A DNA stretch of 64,000 bases. Source: Planctomycetota bacterium. Lineage in GTDB: Bacteria; Planctomycetota; Phycisphaerae; WQYP01. A program made the position numbers and the translations under genes. Positions 37,751 through 48,457 of the stretch are shown in pieces (position 1 is the first letter of the stretch; every line of letters starts with the position of its first letter). The notes below the pieces were generated by a model, which saw only the letters and a program-made list of their open reading frames with translations, searched no databases and was not told the origin of the DNA. The stretch lies in contig JAJZDN010000008.1 of the NCBI GenBank assembly GCA_021805985.1, forward strand, positions 26,319 to 90,318, given 5' to 3'.

Positions 37751-38638
37751 ATGAAGAAAAGGACACCACAAAAATTGAACTTCAACGGCCTTATAACCTT
37801 TAAATTGCTAGGCGTGGTACTGCTTGCCGGGTCCTTGCTGTCCGTCTGGCCGGGATGCAAGGACGGATCAACCGGTTCGGCCTCCGCGCCCAGCCGCGGC
37901 GGCCGGGTGCGCCCTGTCGCGTTGGAAGCCCTGCCTCTGAAAGCCTCGCAACATGCCATGACCAATCCGTTGGAGGCAGAGGTCTGGAAACATGCGCAAT
38001 GGTTCAAATTGGCCAAAGGGCGATCGTCCCGAATTGCCGGCGTGCACACCAAAATTTCTGCAGTATTCACGCCTGCGGACCTGTATATTGCAATTGTTGC
38101 AACGGGACCATATCAGGCAGTGGGCAATGTGGCGGCGGATAAGCTCTGGCGGCAAGACTGTTCGGAAATCTGGCTCGATACGTCGCGGAAACAAAATGGC
38201 ACCAATTTTTTTGAGTTGGTCGTATCTCCAACAGGCCGGACCCACGGTGTATGGCATCGGTCTTCCACAGCACCGACGCCCACATCATCGGGGGCACCGG
38301 ATTTGAATCATCCGTATGGCCTGATTCCATGGAACATTCAAGGCCTTAGCGTAAAAATTGGCACCGGAATCTGGCGCGGCCATAGCGCCGCAACGACCGT
38401 GGTAAAAATCCCGATTGCCGGACTTCCCCGGCCGCTGCGCTTTATCAGTAAATCCGGCGGCCGATTCCGCGTGAATGTGTTACGGTATATTTGGCGTGCC
38501 AATCCTGCCGGCCGTCGGCGGCTTGCCCAATACAGCTTGTTCCCCGTGCCGCCTGAGTCGCAGGCTTTTGCCCCCTACCTCATGGGGCGCTTGGCGTTGA
38601 TTTCATCTAACGACGCAAATTTGGCGCTGCGGCGGTAA
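37751..38638 (+). CDS. Lipoprotein, possible CBM9/DOMON-like carbohydrate-binding domain
   Basis: Lipoprotein signal ...LLSVWPGC. The DCSEIWLDTSRKQNGTNFFELVVSPTGRTHGVW segment resembles the CBM9-like beta-sandwich. Confidence 0.35.
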   Translation: MKKRTPQKLNFNGLITFKLLGVVLLAGSLLSVWPGCKDGSTGSASAPSRGGRVRPVALEALPLKASQHAMTNPLEAEVWKHAQWFKLAKGRSSRIAGVHTKISAVFTPADLYIAIVATGPYQAVGNVAADKLWRQDCSEIWLDTSRKQNGTNFFELVVSPTGRTHGVWHRSSTAPTPTSSGAPDLNHPYGLIPWNIQGLSVKIGTGIWRGHSAATTVVKIPIAGLPRPLRFISKSGGRFRVNVLRYIWRANPAGRRRLAQYSLFPVPPESQAFAPYLMGRLALISSNDANLALRR

Positions 38639-38775
38639 TTTCGGACGCCATTGTGCCCGACAGCCGTAATTTCTCGCGGCGATTTAGTACTAAGCTTTTT
38701 TACTTCTCAAAGCGTAGTTCTATCCACTATGATATTGTTGACCCTGTACGAAGAATTGATATCTGGAGTTGTCCT

Positions 38776-39744
38776 ATGCCCGTCATTGACATGCCCATGG
38801 AAAAATTGGAAACCTATAGCGGTCGTAATCCGCGCCCTGCCGATTTTGATAAGTACTGGACTGAGGCGCTGGGGGAAATGCGGGCGGTAAAACCCGATGT
38901 TGAACTACGCGCGGCGGAATTTCATGCACCGCACGTGGACTGCTTTGATATGTACTTTACTGGCGTGGGGGGAGCGCGCATACATGTCAAATTTCTCCAA
39001 CCAAAACACCTGGCCGCCGGTACAAAACGGCCTGCCATCTGCGTGTTTCACGGCTATTCAGGCCATGCCGGCGACTGGACTGAGAAACTTGCGTGGGCGG
39101 GAGCGGGCTACATTGTGGCTGCCATGGATTGCCGGGGCCAAGGTGGATATTCCGAGGATATTACCCCGGTACGTGGCACGACGCATCGCGGGCATATTAT
39201 TCGCGGATTAAGTGACCCGGATCCGCAGAAATTGCTATTTCGATCTATTTATCTTGATACAGCGGAGCTTGCCGGTATTTTGCTGGCCATGCCCCAAGTC
39301 GATGCGACGCAGGTCTACGCCATGGGCGGCTCACAAGGCGGCGGTCTGACGCTGGCGTGTGCGGCCTTGGAACCGCGCATTGCCAAAGCGGCATCACAAT
39401 ATCCCTTTCTATGTGATTACCAGAGAGTCTGGGAAATGGATCTGGCCAAAGACGCCTATATGGAACTCCAGGCTTTTTTCCGCCACCAGGATCCTCGGCA
39501 TCTGCGCGAACATGAGATATTTTCCCGCTTAGGCTATATCGACTGCCAGCACCTGGCACCGCGGATCAAAGCCAGAACCATCATGGCCATCGGCTTGATG
39601 GACGCGGTATGCCCGCCGTCCACGCAGTTTGCCGCCTACAACAAAATGACGTGCGAAAAACGCACCGTGATTTATCCCGATTTCGCGCATGAGGTGCTTC
39701 CGGGTTGGTATGATCTGGTTTTTGATTTTTTCACCAACCAGTAG
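38776..39744 (+). CDS. Acetyl-xylan esterase / cephalosporin-C deacetylase (CE7 family)
   Basis: MPVIDMPMEKLETYSGRNPRPADFDKYW N-terminus. Nucleophile elbow GGSQGGGL. C-terminal His region typical of CE7 (Axe1/CAH). Confidence 0.8.
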   Translation: MPVIDMPMEKLETYSGRNPRPADFDKYWTEALGEMRAVKPDVELRAAEFHAPHVDCFDMYFTGVGGARIHVKFLQPKHLAAGTKRPAICVFHGYSGHAGDWTEKLAWAGAGYIVAAMDCRGQGGYSEDITPVRGTTHRGHIIRGLSDPDPQKLLFRSIYLDTAELAGILLAMPQVDATQVYAMGGSQGGGLTLACAALEPRIAKAASQYPFLCDYQRVWEMDLAKDAYMELQAFFRHQDPRHLREHEIFSRLGYIDCQHLAPRIKARTIMAIGLMDAVCPPSTQFAAYNKMTCEKRTVIYPDFAHEVLPGWYDLVFDFFTNQ

Positions 39745-39886
39745 CCCATTTGAAATTTAAAATTTGAGATTTGAAAAACCTAAAGTTGGCGGCTGCGCGG
39801 TGAGCTTGTGTGGGCTTGATCTTGTGTATCTGTTGGCCCCCGGGGCGATTCAGGCTTATAATCGCTTTGATATTGGAGAATACTAA

Positions 39887-40291
39887 ATGAAATTTATTGT
39901 TGAGAGTATTGAAAACGATCTGGTGACGTTAAAGACGCCCAATGCGAATTATCGTAATACATTCAAGTGTTCATCGGCCGCGGATCTGGTTGTGGGCAAA
40001 TGGATATCCGGGCATATTCATGCACCAGCCCGAAAGATTGACGTAGTCAGCGAGGGGGGGAATTTTGTGGAGCCGCTTTTTGGCCGCCCGCGGCACATGC
40101 AGGGGCTGGTTTTGCAGCAAAACCCCGCCGAGAATTCCCTGCTTGTACAAACCGCTTATAAAACCACCGTGCAATTGCCGCAGTCTCAGCAGGCCGCGGA
40201 TTATGCAGCCGGCAGCCGCGTAGGCTGGGATAACGCGGATTGGCCGGAGTTTCTGGTGGAAAAATCTGCATCAGTACCGGCTCATGTCTGA
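39887..40291 (+). CDS. Small hypothetical protein
   Basis: GGAGAATACTAA RBS. 134 aa with no recognised motif. Confidence 0.4.
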   Translation: MKFIVESIENDLVTLKTPNANYRNTFKCSSAADLVVGKWISGHIHAPARKIDVVSEGGNFVEPLFGRPRHMQGLVLQQNPAENSLLVQTAYKTTVQLPQSQQAADYAAGSRVGWDNADWPEFLVEKSASVPAHV

Positions 40292-40317
40292 TTTGTGAGC
40301 CAAGGGGCGGGAATCCG

Positions 40318-41823
40318 ATGAACGTTGTTTTGGCATTGGATCAGGGAACCAGCAGTTCACGAGCCATTGTGTTTGATCACACTGGGCGATCCCTGGCGAT
40401 GGCGCAATTGGAACTTGGGGCGATATTTCCCCGCCCCGGCTCCGTAGAACAAGACCCCCAGGTAATTTGGCGCACGCAACTTGCCACAGCACAACAAGTC
40501 ATAAGGCAGGCGGGTATTGCAGCTACGGATATTGCCGCTATCGGCATAACCAATCAGCGGGAAACCACATTGGTATGGAACCGGAAGACCGGGGAACCCA
40601 TTTATAATGCCATCGTCTGGCAGGACCGTCGGACCGCTGATTTTTGCGAGACGCTTAAATCTGCAGGGCATGGGGAAATGGTAGCTCGCAAGACCGGCCT
40701 GATTATTGACCCTTATTTTTCTGCCAGTAAGCTGCGCTGGATTTTGGACCAAGTCCCCGGTGCCCGGGAAATGGCCGCCCATGGTGACTTGGCGTTTGGC
40801 ACAGTGGATTCTTGGTTGCTTTGGAAACTTACAGCCGGCGCGGTTCATGCGACAGATATTTCCAATGCGTCCCGCACCATGCTTTTTAACATCCACACTG
40901 GCCAATGGGATCCTGAACTTCTGGCTTTAATGGATATCCCAAGGTCTATGTTACTTGAAGTGCGGTCCTCCTCTGAACTATATGGTCACACTTCGGGGGA
41001 TTTACTGGGGGCGCGGGTGCCGATCTCGGGTGTGGCCGGGGATCAACAGGCTGCGTTATTCGGGCAAACCTGTTTTACCCCCGGGTCGGTAAAAAATACC
41101 TACGGCACCGGATGCTTTATGCTCATGAACGTAGGAGAAAAGCCGGCAGAATCCGCGAATAAGCTTTTAAGCACTGTTGCCTGGAGGCTGGGTGGCACCA
41201 CCCATTACGCCTTGGAGGGAAGCGTGTTTATCGGCGGGGCGGTGGTGCAATGGCTCCGCGATTCACTGGGGATTATTCAAAGCAGCAAAGACATTGAAGC
41301 CCTGGCGGCCAGCGTAGAGAATTCCGGCGGCGTATATTTTGTTCCCGCGTTCGCGGGGCTGGGTTCGCCCTATTGGGATGCCTATGCGCGGGGATCCATT
41401 TCCGGTCTGACGCGCGGAACAACTGCCGCACACATTGCCCGGGCGGCGTTGGAAAGTATTGCCCATCAGACTGCGGACTTGCTGGAGTGCATGCAAAAGG
41501 ATTACGGACAGCCGGTGGCTGAAATGCGTGTAGACGGCGGTGCGGCGGAAAACAATTTGCTGATGCAAATTCAGGCTGATTTACTGGGCGTTCCAGTGTT
41601 GCGGCCGCAAGTCATACAGACCACAGCTCTGGGAGCTGCGTATCTGGCGGGTTTGGCGGTGAAGTATTGGGAAACACCGGCCGATGTCGCCCGCCACTGG
41701 GTTGTCGAGCGCATTTTTGAACCGCGGATGAGCCGTGATGAAGCACATTTCCGCCGACAGCGGTGGAAGAAGGCCGTTGCACGATCCCAGGACTGGGAAG
41801 AGCATAGCGAAGCGCTTAATTAA
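40318..41823 (+). CDS. glpK: Glycerol kinase
   Basis: N-terminal [28 protein letters not shown] and the FGGY-family C-terminal domain. Confidence 0.9.
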   Translation: MNVVLALDQGTSSSRAIVFDHTGRSLAMAQLELGAIFPRPGSVEQDPQVIWRTQLATAQQVIRQAGIAATDIAAIGITNQRETTLVWNRKTGEPIYNAIVWQDRRTADFCETLKSAGHGEMVARKTGLIIDPYFSASKLRWILDQVPGAREMAAHGDLAFGTVDSWLLWKLTAGAVHATDISNASRTMLFNIHTGQWDPELLALMDIPRSMLLEVRSSSELYGHTSGDLLGARVPISGVAGDQQAALFGQTCFTPGSVKNTYGTGCFMLMNVGEKPAESANKLLSTVAWRLGGTTHYALEGSVFIGGAVVQWLRDSLGIIQSSKDIEALAASVENSGGVYFVPAFAGLGSPYWDAYARGSISGLTRGTTAAHIARAALESIAHQTADLLECMQKDYGQPVAEMRVDGGAAENNLLMQIQADLLGVPVLRPQVIQTTALGAAYLAGLAVKYWETPADVARHWVVERIFEPRMSRDEAHFRRQRWKKAVARSQDWEEHSEALN

Positions 41824-41842
41824 CGCGCGGTGGAACATATCA

Positions 41843-43387
41843 ATGAATAGAGATATATCCTTACAGCGAATAATTGACCGGCGTGAATCCTGGGACATTG
41901 CAGTCATTGGCGGCGGAGCCACGGGCGTGGGCATTGCGGTTGATGCGGCGGCCCGCGGATACGCGGTTTGCCTGCTGGAACAAAGCGATTTTGGCAAAGC
42001 CACCAGCAGCCGCTCCACCAAACTGGTGCATGGCGGCGTGCGTTATTTGCAGCAGGGCAATATTGCTTTGGTCACAGAAGCCTTGCATGAACGTGGAATC
42101 CTTAAAAATAACGCCCCGCATCTGGTGCATGATCTGGCTTTTGTCGTGCCGAATTATCAATGGTGGGAAGCTTCGTTTTACGGGGTCGGATTAAAAGCCT
42201 ATGACCTGCTGGCCGGGAAATATGGATTTGGAAAATCCCGGCATTTGAGCCGCCAGGAAGTGCTGCACTATATTCCCACGCTGAAAACCGACGGCCTGCG
42301 GGGTGGCGTGCTGTATCATGACGGACAATTTGATGATGCGCGGCTGCTGATAGATTTAGCCGCCACCGCCACGCGGATTGGCGCCGCACTTTTGAATTAT
42401 GCCCCCGTCACACACCTGGTGCATGATGCCACAGGACATCTGCACGCGCTGCGGTTTACCGACAGCGAAACTGGGCAGACACATACTGTTGCGGCACGAT
42501 GTGTGATTAACGCAACGGGGGCCTTCAGCGATCAGTTGCGGCACATGGATAACCCGGCCGCGGCCGGTATTATTGCTCCCAGCCAAGGCGTACATTTGGT
42601 GCTGGAAAGAAGTTTTCTTTCCGGAGACACCGCCATGATGGTGCCGCATACCAGCGATGGGCGCGTGTTGTTTGCTATACCCTGGCACAATCGCACACTG
42701 TTAGGCACAACCGATACCGCGCTGGAAAACGTAGCCTTGGAACCTGTACCGCAGGATCAGGAAATTGATTTTATTCTTGAAACCGCCGGGCAATATCTAG
42801 CGAGAAAGCCCAAACGCAGCGACATTGTCAGTATGTTCGCGGGGATTCGCCCCCTGGTTAAAGCACCGCAGAATACCGCTACCGCGGCATTGTCCCGTGA
42901 TCATACCATTGACATCAGCAGCAGCGGATTATTGACCATTGCCGGCGGAAAATGGACAACCTATCGGCGCATGGCAGAAGATGCGGTCGATCATGCCGCC
43001 AGCATCGGCTCTTTGCCCGTGCGGGACTGTATCACGCGCAGCTTAAAAATATCCGGTTCTCAAAATTCCGACGCAATTGAAACGAGTCCCAGCAAGCGCA
43101 CGGCCGGGTCCGCGAGGCTGACGCAAAGCGATCTTACAACCGGGCCATGCGGGATTACCGCCGAGGAAATCATCTATTTCATCCGCCACGAAATGGCCCG
43201 CACAATTGACGACATCCTGGCCCGTCGCACGCGCCTCCTGTTTCTGGACGCCCGCGTTGCAATCGCAGCAGCACCCCATGTCGCCCAAACGATGGCCACA
43301 GAATTAGCCCGCGACAAACCCTGGATCGAAAACCAAGTCCTTGAATTCAACGCCATAGCCAAACACTACCTGCCGCCAGTGACATGA
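41843..43387 (+). CDS. glpD: FAD-dependent glycerol-3-phosphate dehydrogenase
   Basis: WDIAVIGGGATGVGIAVDAAARG FAD motif, then TSSRSTKLVHGGVRYL. Adjacent to glpK. Confidence 0.85.
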   Translation: MNRDISLQRIIDRRESWDIAVIGGGATGVGIAVDAAARGYAVCLLEQSDFGKATSSRSTKLVHGGVRYLQQGNIALVTEALHERGILKNNAPHLVHDLAFVVPNYQWWEASFYGVGLKAYDLLAGKYGFGKSRHLSRQEVLHYIPTLKTDGLRGGVLYHDGQFDDARLLIDLAATATRIGAALLNYAPVTHLVHDATGHLHALRFTDSETGQTHTVAARCVINATGAFSDQLRHMDNPAAAGIIAPSQGVHLVLERSFLSGDTAMMVPHTSDGRVLFAIPWHNRTLLGTTDTALENVALEPVPQDQEIDFILETAGQYLARKPKRSDIVSMFAGIRPLVKAPQNTATAALSRDHTIDISSSGLLTIAGGKWTTYRRMAEDAVDHAASIGSLPVRDCITRSLKISGSQNSDAIETSPSKRTAGSARLTQSDLTTGPCGITAEEIIYFIRHEMARTIDDILARRTRLLFLDARVAIAAAPHVAQTMATELARDKPWIENQVLEFNAIAKHYLPPVT

Positions 43388-43448
43388 CACGGGCGCTGCC
43401 GGTTCGTTAATTGGTCAATCTGAAGCGATAACGCGGATGTAGGAACTG

Positions 43449-44723
43449 TCACGTCTCGGCCACGTGCGCGATGCGGTGGTTTGTGATCTGGTATTTCACA
43501 ACAAAGGGGGAGACTTCAAAATCCGCCGCAATGTCCGAAATTTCCTCAGCCGTGACTTCGGTGGAGGTAATTCGAGACTCAATTACATGGGCGGGAATTA
43601 GAAACTCGGCCGCGAAGGACCGCTCCCTCTGCTGGCGTTCTGTTATGGCCGAGGTAAGAAGATAAAGTGAACGATCCCCGCCATAAAACAGGCTCATCAA
43701 CGAACGTGCAATCAAAAATCGAAACGATTCTGGTCGCCTTTTGAAGGCAAAACACCGGATCACTCGCTGGTCCAGGCCGACAAGGCCTTCTATGCTCGGC
43801 ATCGGTGTCGGTGCGGCGGCAACTGGCGAGGTGAATTGAAATACATCCGGGGCTTTTTGCTCATCCAGATTTAGCTGCGCGCGTGCATGTTGTGCCAAGG
43901 CGTACCCTTGCTCCCAAGGCGCAGCGGTCTCCGCGACCTGTGGTACATCGTATAAACCTTTGAACGGATGCTGACCCAAGATGGACGTCCCCAAGGCGTC
44001 CAGTCCGCTTGCAAGCCATCGCTCGACCTCCGGAAGTCGTTCAATAGTTGATGCACAAAACGTATCCGCACGAAGGCCTTGGGGGATTGCCGTCCATACA
44101 TTCATAATTGTTTCAGCTGCGTTTGCGGGAAGCGCGTAGGGATCGAGTCCAAGCCATGCCGCCGCGCGGCAGAATTCGGCCTCTTCCTGGTCCGCATTTA
44201 TTATGGCTTCCCAGTTTTGTGTCAGGGTGCCAGCGGAAAGTTTTAACGATTCCAATCGGCCCAACACGGCCTCGATAAGCTCGGCCGCTTTGGCGCGGAA
44301 TAACTCCGTCGTAACCCGCTGCTCACCAGTGCTTATAAACTCAATATCCTGATGCTCGCTTTGGAATGATGCCCACGTTAAATTCAGTTTATCACCTTCC
44401 GGATAAATGCGCAGTCTGGGAAGGGGAAACCCTTCCTGCGCGGAATATAAGCAATGACGCACATCTACACCGTCAGCGATAGCCGTTTTGCCAGGCGCGT
44501 GTACTTCGTTAAACAGACACCACCAATTCGCAACCAGCCATTCCGCCAATGGGTACAGCGGCACTCGGATATAATCGCGCGTGGTGCGGGCGCGTTTGTC
44601 AAGAACCTTAGTGATAATCTGTTGGCCGCAAGTTAAGGTAAAATCCGCAAATGTTCCATTAATTTCGGGCGCATCGTTACACCCAAAATCCAACCATGTA
44701 TATTGTATGTCGAATTCACTCAC
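43449..44723 (-). CDS. Hypothetical protein whose C-terminal domain is ImmA/IrrE-like (COG2856) but lacks the HEXXH site
   Basis: The C-terminal region ...FLIARSLMSLFYG...ERQQRERSFAAEFLIPAHVI aligns with the ImmA/IrrE pattern RFTLAHELGH...E.EAN.FAAELLMP. The HELGH is replaced by RSLMS. The N-terminal roughly 330 aa are unrecognised. Confidence 0.45.
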   Translation of the reverse strand: MSEFDIQYTWLDFGCNDAPEINGTFADFTLTCGQQIITKVLDKRARTTRDYIRVPLYPLAEWLVANWWCLFNEVHAPGKTAIADGVDVRHCLYSAQEGFPLPRLRIYPEGDKLNLTWASFQSEHQDIEFISTGEQRVTTELFRAKAAELIEAVLGRLESLKLSAGTLTQNWEAIINADQEEAEFCRAAAWLGLDPYALPANAAETIMNVWTAIPQGLRADTFCASTIERLPEVERWLASGLDALGTSILGQHPFKGLYDVPQVAETAAPWEQGYALAQHARAQLNLDEQKAPDVFQFTSPVAAAPTPMPSIEGLVGLDQRVIRCFAFKRRPESFRFLIARSLMSLFYGGDRSLYLLTSAITERQQRERSFAAEFLIPAHVIESRITSTEVTAEEISDIAADFEVSPFVVKYQITNHRIAHVAET

Positions 44724-45024
44724 GGCAATCCTCGCACGCGTTCATCGGAATCCAGCGGGTAACTCATGTGCTACCCACACAACGAACTTGAGCACTGACC
44801 GCAGCGATATGGATACCCGCCGGAGCAGGGCCGATGCCTCTATTCTTGGCTGTTCTTGTGTATTTCGGCGGTTTCATAACACTGTTATTCTACGGGATTC
44901 GCCCTGCCGTCGCCATTGTATGACAAGCGTGGACGATTCAGGCAAGGTACTCTTCGTACAGCATGGAAATGAAAGACGCCTCGGTTATGCTTAAAAAAGT
45001 TCGCGCGCTGAAGGAGTTGCTGAA

Positions 45025-45297
45025 ATGACAAAGACTCAAGCACAATCTCTTAAAAAAGCCCTCGAAAAGAAATTTGACGGGCTGGCCGAATTCGAGCTGG
45101 CCGGAAGGTCCGGGCGCTACCGTTTTGCGGTCAAATCTAAGAAGTTTGATAAAATGCCACAGATGAAGCGGCAGGATGAGGCGTGGAAAATTGTCGACAA
45201 AGTGCTCGAACGCGATGCAATACTGGACATTTCTCTAATACTTACCTTTGCGCCCCGGGACATCGCGACGGGAAAAATCCGGGGCCATGCAACATAA
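45025..45297 (+). CDS. Small protein, weakly BolA-like
   Basis: RFAVKSKKFDKMPQMKRQDEAWKIVDKVL...ILDISLILTFAPRD loosely fits the BolA motif HF.V.VVS..F.G...V.RHR.V...L...IHAL.I...TP.E. Confidence 0.35.
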   Translation: MTKTQAQSLKKALEKKFDGLAEFELAGRSGRYRFAVKSKKFDKMPQMKRQDEAWKIVDKVLERDAILDISLILTFAPRDIATGKIRGHAT

Positions 45298-45655
45298 ATT
45301 TGGAGAACGGATGCGGCGCGTCGGCCACGTGTCGGTGGGTCCTTACCATATTTGGGCCTCCAATTTGCAGCGCGGCCCCTCGGAGTACCCTCGTGTTAAG
45401 GCTCGCCGCCAGCGGTACTTGTAGAGCACCGGATGATAATCCGGTGGTTGATCCAGTGCCGCCAACCAACCACCGGGTTATCACCACGGTGCTCAATGAC
45501 GTGATGTTCCGCCGTCGCAACCCGGCCATTACTGGGACAGGCTCGGGGGCGACGGCTGGCTTTTATGCGGCGTTCCACCGCCGGCATAGCCGGCGGCTTT
45601 GTGGGGTTTTCATGCACGGTCGCGCGGAGCGGAGATGTTGATGCGGCTGTGTTTT

Positions 45656-47782
45656 TCAACGGCCGGGCACGTGGTCAATCACGATGCCGGGGGCGGTGGG
45701 TTGGGCGATGGGGGTTAGGCCGAGGGACTGGAGCTTGGCGATGTTTTGGGGGGTGATGATGGGATCAAAGCCGTAGGTTTTTCGCAGGCGAATTATTTCC
45801 GGCCAATCAATGATCAGGTAATTCACGTGATGGCTTTGCAGATAACGCAATGCCGCAGCTGCGCCGCCGTGGTGAAAGGCTCTTGCCAGCTTGTTGCGAT
45901 CAAAGACGGTGGCATAAATAACGTGCCCGCGGATGTATAGCGGGGTGCTTAAACCTTCCAGATAATAGGTGGTACGTGACGTAAATTGCCCCGGCGGCGG
46001 GGGGGATGAAAGCCAGTCTTCGGGCAGGCTGATCGCCGCACCGATGGGCGGCGGCATTTGGGCATGGATGGGGCCAAATAAGAGTCCGGCTTCGGGTCTA
46101 AGCAGCAAAGCACAGCCGACGGCCTGCACCGTAAGCCCTGCAGTAGCCGCGGTGAAATAAGCCGGCAGCAGATCGGCGGCCATTCCCAGCATCCACGCCA
46201 AAGGAATAACGGCAGGTAATAAAAATCGGGCCTGCAATTGGGTGCAGGTTATCCAGGCAAGCATTTGCACCAGCAGGCACAGGGCCAGAAGCCACGCCTG
46301 AATTCCGGTAAATAGTGCCAGGGCAACGGCGGGGATCAGCACCAGCCAGAGCGGGCCGAACCTTAGAAGCCAAGGGGTTTGCGGACCGGGAAAGCCGGGT
46401 TTGGCGTCCAAGGCATCGAGCCAGGCGGCGATTCCCGGCGACCATTGGCGATTGAGAATTGATTGATCAACCAAGGCGTGTAAATGTCCCGCTACGCCAG
46501 CATCCCGCGCCGGCGGCCGGTGGCCCCGGTCGAAGCGCAAGGCAATGGATTTTCTCCAATGGCCGCGACCAAGGGTACCGGTAAAAATGGGAAATATGGG
46601 GTTGCCCAAGCTGCGGCTAGTGTGGGTGGCGGCCATGGAACGGACCATCCAGGGGCTGTAGATAAGTAATGCAGTAACTGTAACAATCGCCAATTGACGA
46701 AAATTGCGGCGTGCCAGAAGAATGGCGGCAATGGGCAGTGCCACCATAACGCCGGCGGTCATTTTGGTTCCCACGGCCAAACCCAGCAACACGCCCAGGA
46801 TCAGCCACTCCGGCCAGCGCGTTGCCACGCACGCCAAGGTGACCGCCAACACACCGTACAGCAATACCGCACCGTCGTTGTAAGCCAGCGATCCTACAAC
46901 CAGCGTCCAAGGGGTGGCCAGTACCACCAGGGCGGCAATAACGCGGCCTGGGGCTTTCAGATTCAGCGGCGCAAAAAGTATTGCCGCAACCGCCAAAAGT
47001 GTCACCACGGCATGTAATATTTGCGATCCAAATACGAGAGCATAAATATATCCCGCCCCAATCGCCGATTGGGCCACGGCGGCGAGAAGCAGATACAGCA
47101 TCTCCATATTTAATGGCATATATGAGTATATATTTCCATGCACTGGTGCCGTGCTGTGCATAGCCAGGAATTGCCGGGGTAATTGCAAATGGTATTCCAG
47201 CACATCAAAGCCGTTGCCTTCGGTGTGCCACAATGTTCCGGCGGGAAAGCACACTGCGATAAGCAATACAGCCAGAGGAATACAGGCCAGTAAAATCAGG
47301 GCGTGTCGGCGTTGCAGCGGACGCTGGAGAAATTCCAACTGAGATTTCAATTGGCGCGCAAATGGATATCCGGCGGCCGCTGAGCCGATCAACAGGATAC
47401 CGCCGGCCGGCCCGGAAATCAGGCCGCAACTTCCCAAGGCCAGCGCAGCTAAGCTCAAGGCACCCATGCCCAGCGCAGCCGCCATAACCAGGCGAAAGCC
47501 CAGAGGCCACGGCGAGAGCTGCATCATGGGCAGGTTGCGCAGGGGATGAGTCAGGGCCAAGCCCAGCAAAAGGGCTGGTAGAATAATAATGCCAGCCCAG
47601 GCGGCGTTACACAGGGTTGCCAATACCGCCGGCATTTGCGATCCGGAAATGAGCAGCATCATCAACAGTGTGGTAATCAGCATTGCCGGCATTAACACCC
47701 AGCGCGGCAGATGATTGCCGCCACCGGACGCGGCAGGGGATGTTCGGCGGTAGGCGATACGTGGCTTCATGACGCAAACCAA
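45656..47782 (-). CDS. Polytopic membrane protein, putative GT-C-fold glycosyltransferase (ArnT/PMT-like)
   Basis: At least 12 TM helices, an FDVLEYH acidic loop motif after early TM helices, and a C-terminal soluble domain. The assignment is tentative. Confidence 0.4.
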   Translation of the reverse strand: MVCVMKPRIAYRRTSPAASGGGNHLPRWVLMPAMLITTLLMMLLISGSQMPAVLATLCNAAWAGIIILPALLLGLALTHPLRNLPMMQLSPWPLGFRLVMAAALGMGALSLAALALGSCGLISGPAGGILLIGSAAAGYPFARQLKSQLEFLQRPLQRRHALILLACIPLAVLLIAVCFPAGTLWHTEGNGFDVLEYHLQLPRQFLAMHSTAPVHGNIYSYMPLNMEMLYLLLAAVAQSAIGAGYIYALVFGSQILHAVVTLLAVAAILFAPLNLKAPGRVIAALVVLATPWTLVVGSLAYNDGAVLLYGVLAVTLACVATRWPEWLILGVLLGLAVGTKMTAGVMVALPIAAILLARRNFRQLAIVTVTALLIYSPWMVRSMAATHTSRSLGNPIFPIFTGTLGRGHWRKSIALRFDRGHRPPARDAGVAGHLHALVDQSILNRQWSPGIAAWLDALDAKPGFPGPQTPWLLRFGPLWLVLIPAVALALFTGIQAWLLALCLLVQMLAWITCTQLQARFLLPAVIPLAWMLGMAADLLPAYFTAATAGLTVQAVGCALLLRPEAGLLFGPIHAQMPPPIGAAISLPEDWLSSPPPPGQFTSRTTYYLEGLSTPLYIRGHVIYATVFDRNKLARAFHHGGAAAALRYLQSHHVNYLIIDWPEIIRLRKTYGFDPIITPQNIAKLQSLGLTPIAQPTAPGIVIDHVPGR

Positions 47783-47852
47783 CTGTCACAACAGGGCGTA
47801 GAGCCAGATCATCAGCGGGCAATCTGACGGCCAACGCCGTAATAGCGCATAC

Positions 47853-48398
47853 TTAAGCCGGCACCGGCTGTTGACTGCAACAGCTTTTGCATTTAGTCGC
47901 GGCTTCCGGAATAGTGTCCAGGCAGAACGCGCATGTTTTTGTCGGTGGTGGCGGCGGCGCGGGCGGTGGTGGCGGCGGGGCTTTTACCAACATCTTAATG
48001 ACGAAAAAACAGACCAGGCCGGTAATGATTAAAGTCAGAAACGTGTTGGCCAGATCGCCAATGAGCAATTTCACCGGCTCCAAAATCACCTGATGCGTTT
48101 TTGGGTCAAGAAGAGGTTTGAACGTCGTGGGATTGAGTTTGGGAACATGGCCAATGGTAATACCCGCCGTGCGCCAGGAGCCATCGGGCAGGAATAAATT
48201 AATGATCGGCATGATCAGGTCAGCGTTGACCTTGCCGACAAACCCGCCAAAGGCACCGCCAATGATGACACCGATCGCCAGCGAAAGCGCATTACCTTGA
48301 AACAGGAATTTTTTGAATTCATGGTGGAATCCCAGGGTCTTTTCTTTCAGCGCCTTATGATCCAGCAATTTTTTGGCGTCAAAATTCATTACGTCCAT
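47853..48398 (-). CDS. mscL: Large-conductance mechanosensitive channel MscL with an extended C-terminal Pro-rich linker and Cys4 zinc ribbon
   Basis: [30 protein letters not shown] matches the MscL TM1 signature. TM2 is followed by [12 protein letters not shown] and CAFC...CKSCC. The start codon is ambiguous between 48389, 48398 and a TTG at 48407. Confidence 0.75.
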   Translation of the reverse strand: MDVMNFDAKKLLDHKALKEKTLGFHHEFKKFLFQGNALSLAIGVIIGGAFGGFVGKVNADLIMPIINLFLPDGSWRTAGITIGHVPKLNPTTFKPLLDPKTHQVILEPVKLLIGDLANTFLTLIITGLVCFFVIKMLVKAPPPPPPAPPPPPTKTCAFCLDTIPEAATKCKSCCSQQPVPA

Positions 48399-48457
48399 CT
48401 CCAGCAACCCATGATCTAAACCGATGGGCGATATTAGAAAGGATAGTCAGCGGGGAA

